This document shows positions 59,401 through 64,000 of a DNA stretch of 64,000 nucleotides, piece after piece. Below the pieces are notes generated by a model, which was not told the DNA's origin, searched no databases, and saw nothing but the letters and a program-made list of their open reading frames with translations. The translations under genes and the position numbers were made by a program. Every line of letters starts with the position of its first letter. Positions within the stretch are counted from its first letter, which is position 1. The DNA is from Anthoceros angustus (Eukaryota; Plantae; Anthocerotophyta), in NCBI GenBank assembly GCA_010909165.1, contig MU008213.1:188402-252401 (forward strand), written 5' to 3'.

Positions 59401-61200
59401 AGTAATTAAAAATGCTTTACTCTAGAGAGACTGCTGCGAACCAAGGCATTACAAACGTGCATACGTTTTCCAGAGATTTCTAAACCACGCGTGGCATACC
59501 TTCGAGTTAGAATCTCAATTTGGGGGCAGTCCTCTCGGATGGACGCAAGTAGTTTCTCAGTATCCTTTCTTGGTCGTTCTGAGAGGAGCAACACCTTCTG
59601 CGTCCTGTGAGCCGTGTCCATGCCAGAAGGTTAAGGAGAGGTCCTTGCCTCACGTATGCCATAAAGGAGACCCCTTGCAAGTTCAGAACATTCAGTCAGG
59701 TACCTCGCATGAGCAGTGCCGTCCCTTAGAGCTAGTTCATGTGACTTGTTCAGCTGCTGCAAGATTGTAGGCAGGTGATTATTTGCCCCACAGATGACTA
59801 TGTGGCCTTGCTCCATCACCTTTGATCGGGCACCTTCTCTTAGTAGATCAATTCGAGTCTACAGGCAGGAAGCAGCACACACTTTCTGAGGGACGTTCAG
59901 CAGTCATCGTCATCGTGCTAAGGCATGCCATAATGTCTGTGGTCACTCCTCTGTGAAGTTAAGCTATTTGCAACGAGTAAATTCACATGCAATGCGACCT
60001 CATTCAAGAAGGACTCAAAGTGTCAGACCTTGAACTGTGCAGTCATTGTACCGGTGAGCAAAGAATAGAAAAGCAACCCACCAATTGCACATAAAAGCCC
60101 TATTGTCCGCTCAGCCCCTGATTTTTCCTGCATGCCACAAGGTCAAAAATGACTTGACACTGACGCTGTCACAAGAGCTGTGAGACAATAACCAAAACAA
60201 ACCAACCTTTAGGTGCATGCTAGAATTACAGACGCATCCCCATGCATCCCACATGGAATCCCCCAGCGTCTGAGCATCAGGTCTGTTAGACATGGAGAGT
60301 GATCAGAGAGCATCTTCGAAGAATTCAAATATTTTGTACTGTGCTGCATTACATAGCTAAAATTCAAGCACTGGCACAACCGAAGAGAGCACAGTTTTCT
60401 CAATCAGATACCTGTTACTATGGAAGAATATGCCTCCCACAACGATCAAAATAATGCAGGCCCCAAGCAGAAAGAGCACATACCTACAGTGTTCCAACAT
60501 AGAGTAAATTGAACAGCTCCCAGTTGAGTCCAAAGGGTTTCGTGAGAAGCTCGAGCCATTCTTACATGGACTTTAAACAAAATACTGTACACAGGATTGC
60601 CACTTACGACATTGGGTGCCTCTCCAGAAGCACATCCATCATGTACGACATGCGAGCCAGCATAGGACCTGTGTCCCAAGCTGGACATCGAAACTCCCAT
60701 TCAAATGGAATCCTGCCTTGCCATAGCGAAGAAGCCATAAACCCAAGCTGGCTTGAGTCGGTCCTCCAGGCAGGAATATTCTTTGACAGGGAAGAGGCTG
60801 CGTGGATAGCATTCAGGAGCAAGAAGGATGAACCTTGCTGTGACAATGAAGCCAGTACCGCTGCTGGCTTCCTTGGCGACACAGACCTCATTGCACAAAA
60901 GAGTAGACCAGTGTCAATTAGCCTCTGCAAAAGCGTGCACTACCCTTCAAGTTAGTGCTTGCCCAGACATAATCATCAAGGAACCAACTACCAACTGAAT
61001 GAGGTGCAGATCATTACTCTAAAAGGAAATAGATCCAGAAATTGTGTCGTTCTCCTCTTAGCTCTTGCATCACATTGAAAATACTCCACTCCATCAGAAC
61101 CTCTCTGCTGTTTGCCTCTCAGCAACCTTAATGGATCCGTCATTGAGTTCCCATGACTTCTGCCCTGATCTTCAAAACGGCATGACTCTTCGCCAGTCCC
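56468..61200 (-). CDS. CASTOR/POLLUX-family cation channel, POLLUX-like / plastid envelope PEC-type; many exons, 5' end uncertain
   Basis: Exons encode [171 protein letters not shown] and [11 protein letters not shown] (stop at 56468). Not all boundaries were resolved. Confidence 0.88.
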
Positions 61201-61645
61201 ACCTGATCAAAAAAAGTTGCACATTTACTTTAGTCTAGGAGCCATCCAGGAACCATTTTCCTGCAAAGGGGAGCAGTTTTATTCCTAGAAGGATAGATCT
61301 GCACCGTCGAGGGAAGATGCCCTGGCAAGACCTCTCTTACACCTCCGAGGAAGCGTTCTTGAAATACACCTTCGAATCACAGAAAGCCTTCATCACATGC
61401 ACAACCGCCACCATGTTAGCGAATGCCTTTGATGACCACCACCTTCGCTCCAGCGCAACCCGAAAGTTGCCACAAAGTGAACAATTGACTCAAGTGTGAC
61501 AGCAAGGAGCCTTGCCTGTACCTTAGCACAGGAAAATTACACCTCAAGCAAGACTGCTGCGCAAGTAGCTGCCCCCTTTCAAGCACCAGCAGCTGTACAT
61601 TATGCACATGTACCATTGCATCGTCCCGCCTTTACAGGCGTTCAG

Positions 61646-62212
61646 TCATCCTCCTCTTCCTTGTGAGTCTCGGAGTGCGATGAACTTTGATGATACAAAA
61701 AACGGGGGGCTGGACACGGATTTGCCAATGTCAGGCGAGGGCTCCAGCGTCACAGCTCCCCCAAGCGAAAGTAGCGGAACGCCGTGGGCTGTTGGAATGG
61801 GGAATGGGGCTGTGATTAGCGTCTCTTTTTGCATTTCCTGCTGCGTGATTAGCATGGCAAGGATATATGGAGACCTGATGATGCATGCGCAGACAACTGC
61901 GCTATCTCCAGGAATCGTATCCTGGACCTTTGTGACTTGACACATTCCTGGATCTTCGATTGAAGGTTCTGTAGCATACCTAGCTAGCTCGTATTCTGCC
62001 CCAGCGGCCTGGGTGCCTGTTTGAGGGGGCAAGGAATGAAAAACTGGTTTGGAACGCCCAGATGTTGAGTGCCAAGCAACCGAATCCAGCACCACCGGCG
62101 AGGAGTGCACGATCTCCTGGGGTATGGATGTCTCCTCTGCACACCATGCTTGGGTTTCATCGTCTGTTGTGTGTTGTTGGCTTACTTGCAGCGGAGGTTT
62201 GCAACCATTCAT
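61646..62212 (-). other. Unassigned 188-codon open frame, possibly an exon of an unknown gene extending to about 63100
   Basis: A long stop-free, protein-like frame with no recognisable domain. An upstream minus-strand stretch near 62930-63000 (GFTVCVLLPDGRQEDVKALGELELQIK) also looks protein-like. Confidence 0.25.
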
Positions 62213-63244
62213 TTCATTTTCATGTCGGATGTCCTATCGAAGACCGAGGTGGCCACTGGGTGTTGCTTTAGGGTTAATACTGTTCACCTGATAGGCTTGC
62301 ATTGCTACTACCTACCTATGGTGATATGTATCATATGATATGCAGCCTTTACAGTTGTAGGTACCGTAACGGGTGTTTAATACACAATGATACATATTAG
62401 GTGTAGCAAAACTTTGTTCTGGAGACCAAGATGGTTGTGAGATCGGGGACGCTGCCAATGGCGCTGCCACCATCTTCAATCACATATGTACCCAGGCTGG
62501 CTTTCAGGGGCAACCTCCCACAAGTCAGCATGCCACCGTGGCCGGACGCCACACCTGCTGCATTCTTGGATCGCGCACTGTACTTGTTGCCGTCAATGCA
62601 TGGTTGCGGGAGGAGATGCCCTTGCTATCGTCAGACGAGCAGACTGTCATGGCCATTTCCGTTGCAGTTGTGTCAATCTTGCATCCATGAGGGTCTCTCT
62701 CATTGATGGACGGGGCATCGCACAATCACAAATCGCCAGGCACGGCAAAGTGGTACGGCCTGGGCCTGGGCCTGGCAGCTTGCCTTATTGTTCATATCCC
62801 GATCCCAGGCTATCAAGCACTAGCTTGTTTCATGCAAGCTGCTTTTCGTGATACATATATGCTTGCTGCGACTGCTGCAATTGCTCCCACTCCTGCCTTT
62901 CTCCCCTGCCATCTCCCCGCTTGATCTGGAGCTCCAGCTCTCCCAAGGCCTTGACATCTTCCTGTCTTCCATCGGGAAGCAAAACGCACACGGTAAAGCC
63001 CTGGGTGCCCTGGACAAACTAATACACGATTGCGTTCCATACTCGAACGCGCACTTCAAACGTCCTTCTCTAGAATGGCACCCTTCGCCTTGTTGAAGGA
63101 GGTTCGAGCCCATGAGTACGGTAGCCTTCTTCTTTTCCGATACATCTCCGGTCTGCACACCGAAGGCGGTCTATGGGATATCATTTGGCAGATTGAATGG
63201 TTGCGCGGCTGTGCCAGTTATACAAATGTGCGCTAATGGGGACG

Positions 63245-64000
63245 ACAGGTGTCATTCCCTATTGCGTTTGGGGCACCGGTCTTTTGGCTACGGCAGCCTA
63301 TGTGCCCGCAGCTTTCCTTGGGAGTTGGGCCTTGTCTGCTTGGGAGTTGGGCCTTGTCTGCTCCCATCTATGTGCCCGCAGCTTTCCTTGGGAGTTGGGC
63401 CTTGTCTGCTTGGGAGTTGGGCCTTGTTTGCTCCCATCCTCTTCATCATTAGGGATTTCCGCATTTAGTCCTTTGACGTGGGAGTGGAGGAAGGCGGGTT
63501 TCCCTTTGGGCGGCCTTCACTTGGGCTAGAGATTGCCTATCCACAAATCTAGGGCGGCTTTGCCTTCTTCTGCTTCACTCGCCGAGGCCGGATTCCGCAG
63601 CCCTCAAGCGTTTCTCCTATAGAAGCAATATTAGCAGGCGCAGGTGGTCCTTCTTCGGGACTCGTCCATCTCCAGGGCGCCTCGTTCTTGAGAGTCTCCA
63701 CTAGTCCTTCTTCGGGACTCGTCCATCCCAGGGCGGCTCGTTCTCGTCTCCGCTCTTGCTCAGGTAATGGAGTAAGTTCATGGCTTCTTGCGCAGCCTTG
63801 TATCCAAGCTTTCCGAATCGCACTAACCTCTTTTTTTACCGTCATGAGGTTTCGCCTGGACCTAGTCGAGCCTTTGGCATGCTCTCTCCAGGTTTACAGG
63901 TGTGGGGCGCCCCTCGATGACTCGGCTACCCATCTTGTGCACTGCCACACGGACAGCACATTGCTACACATGACACTCTCCCAATCTCTTCCTCATAATA
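63245..64000 (+). mobile_element. 3' part of a CRE-like non-LTR retrotransposon (post-RT region and RLE zinc knuckle), decayed
   Basis: QVSFPIAFG/GTGLLATAAYVPAAFLGSWAL, SWLLAQPCIQAFRIALTSFFTVMRFRLDL, and RCGAPLDDSATHLVHC..GQHIATHD (CCHC/HD region of restriction-like endonucleases). Confidence 0.65.
63298..63438. repeat. 70-bp tandem duplication with an internal 22-bp subrepeat, inside the CRE remnant
   Basis: CTATGTGCCC at 63298 and 63368; subunit CTTGGGAGTTGGGCCTTGTCTG. Confidence 0.9.

Overview
Eukaryotic nuclear DNA from a land plant, not prokaryotic. Short GT-AG introns, compact GC-rich genes and CRE-like retroelements suggest a seed-free plant such as a hornwort or lycophyte (inference only). 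I reconstructed or recognised these genes: a His-phosphotransfer protein (AHP-type HPt, 13690-15219), translocon-associated protein alpha (16327-18185, minus), a group-J bZIP (bZIP62-like, 21736-24644, minus), an unusual helical-N-domain/U-box/8-EF-hand protein (29157-31776) with an inverted decayed paralogue (~26700-27400), the 25-aa ribosomal protein L41 missed by the ORF track (50286-50565), a calcineurin-B-like EF-hand protein, an intronless BNR/Asp-box sialidase-fold protein, a P-class PPR protein and a POLLUX/CASTOR-family (PEC-like) ion channel. The 32-50 kb interval is an accessory transposon block. It holds a split CRE-like non-LTR RT, an LTR with a Met-tRNA primer site, a tRNA-derived remnant, and a scrambled tandem mosaic of a dead Ty1/Copia element fused tail-to-tail to an intronless, AT-rich, divergent Clp1 RNA-kinase gene (five copies, several microhomology junctions). 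That mosaic may be partly a long-read assembly artefact. The best candidates for new biology are the U-box/octa-EF-hand protein and the amplified Clp1 copy. The region 1.7-8.7 kb could not be assigned.
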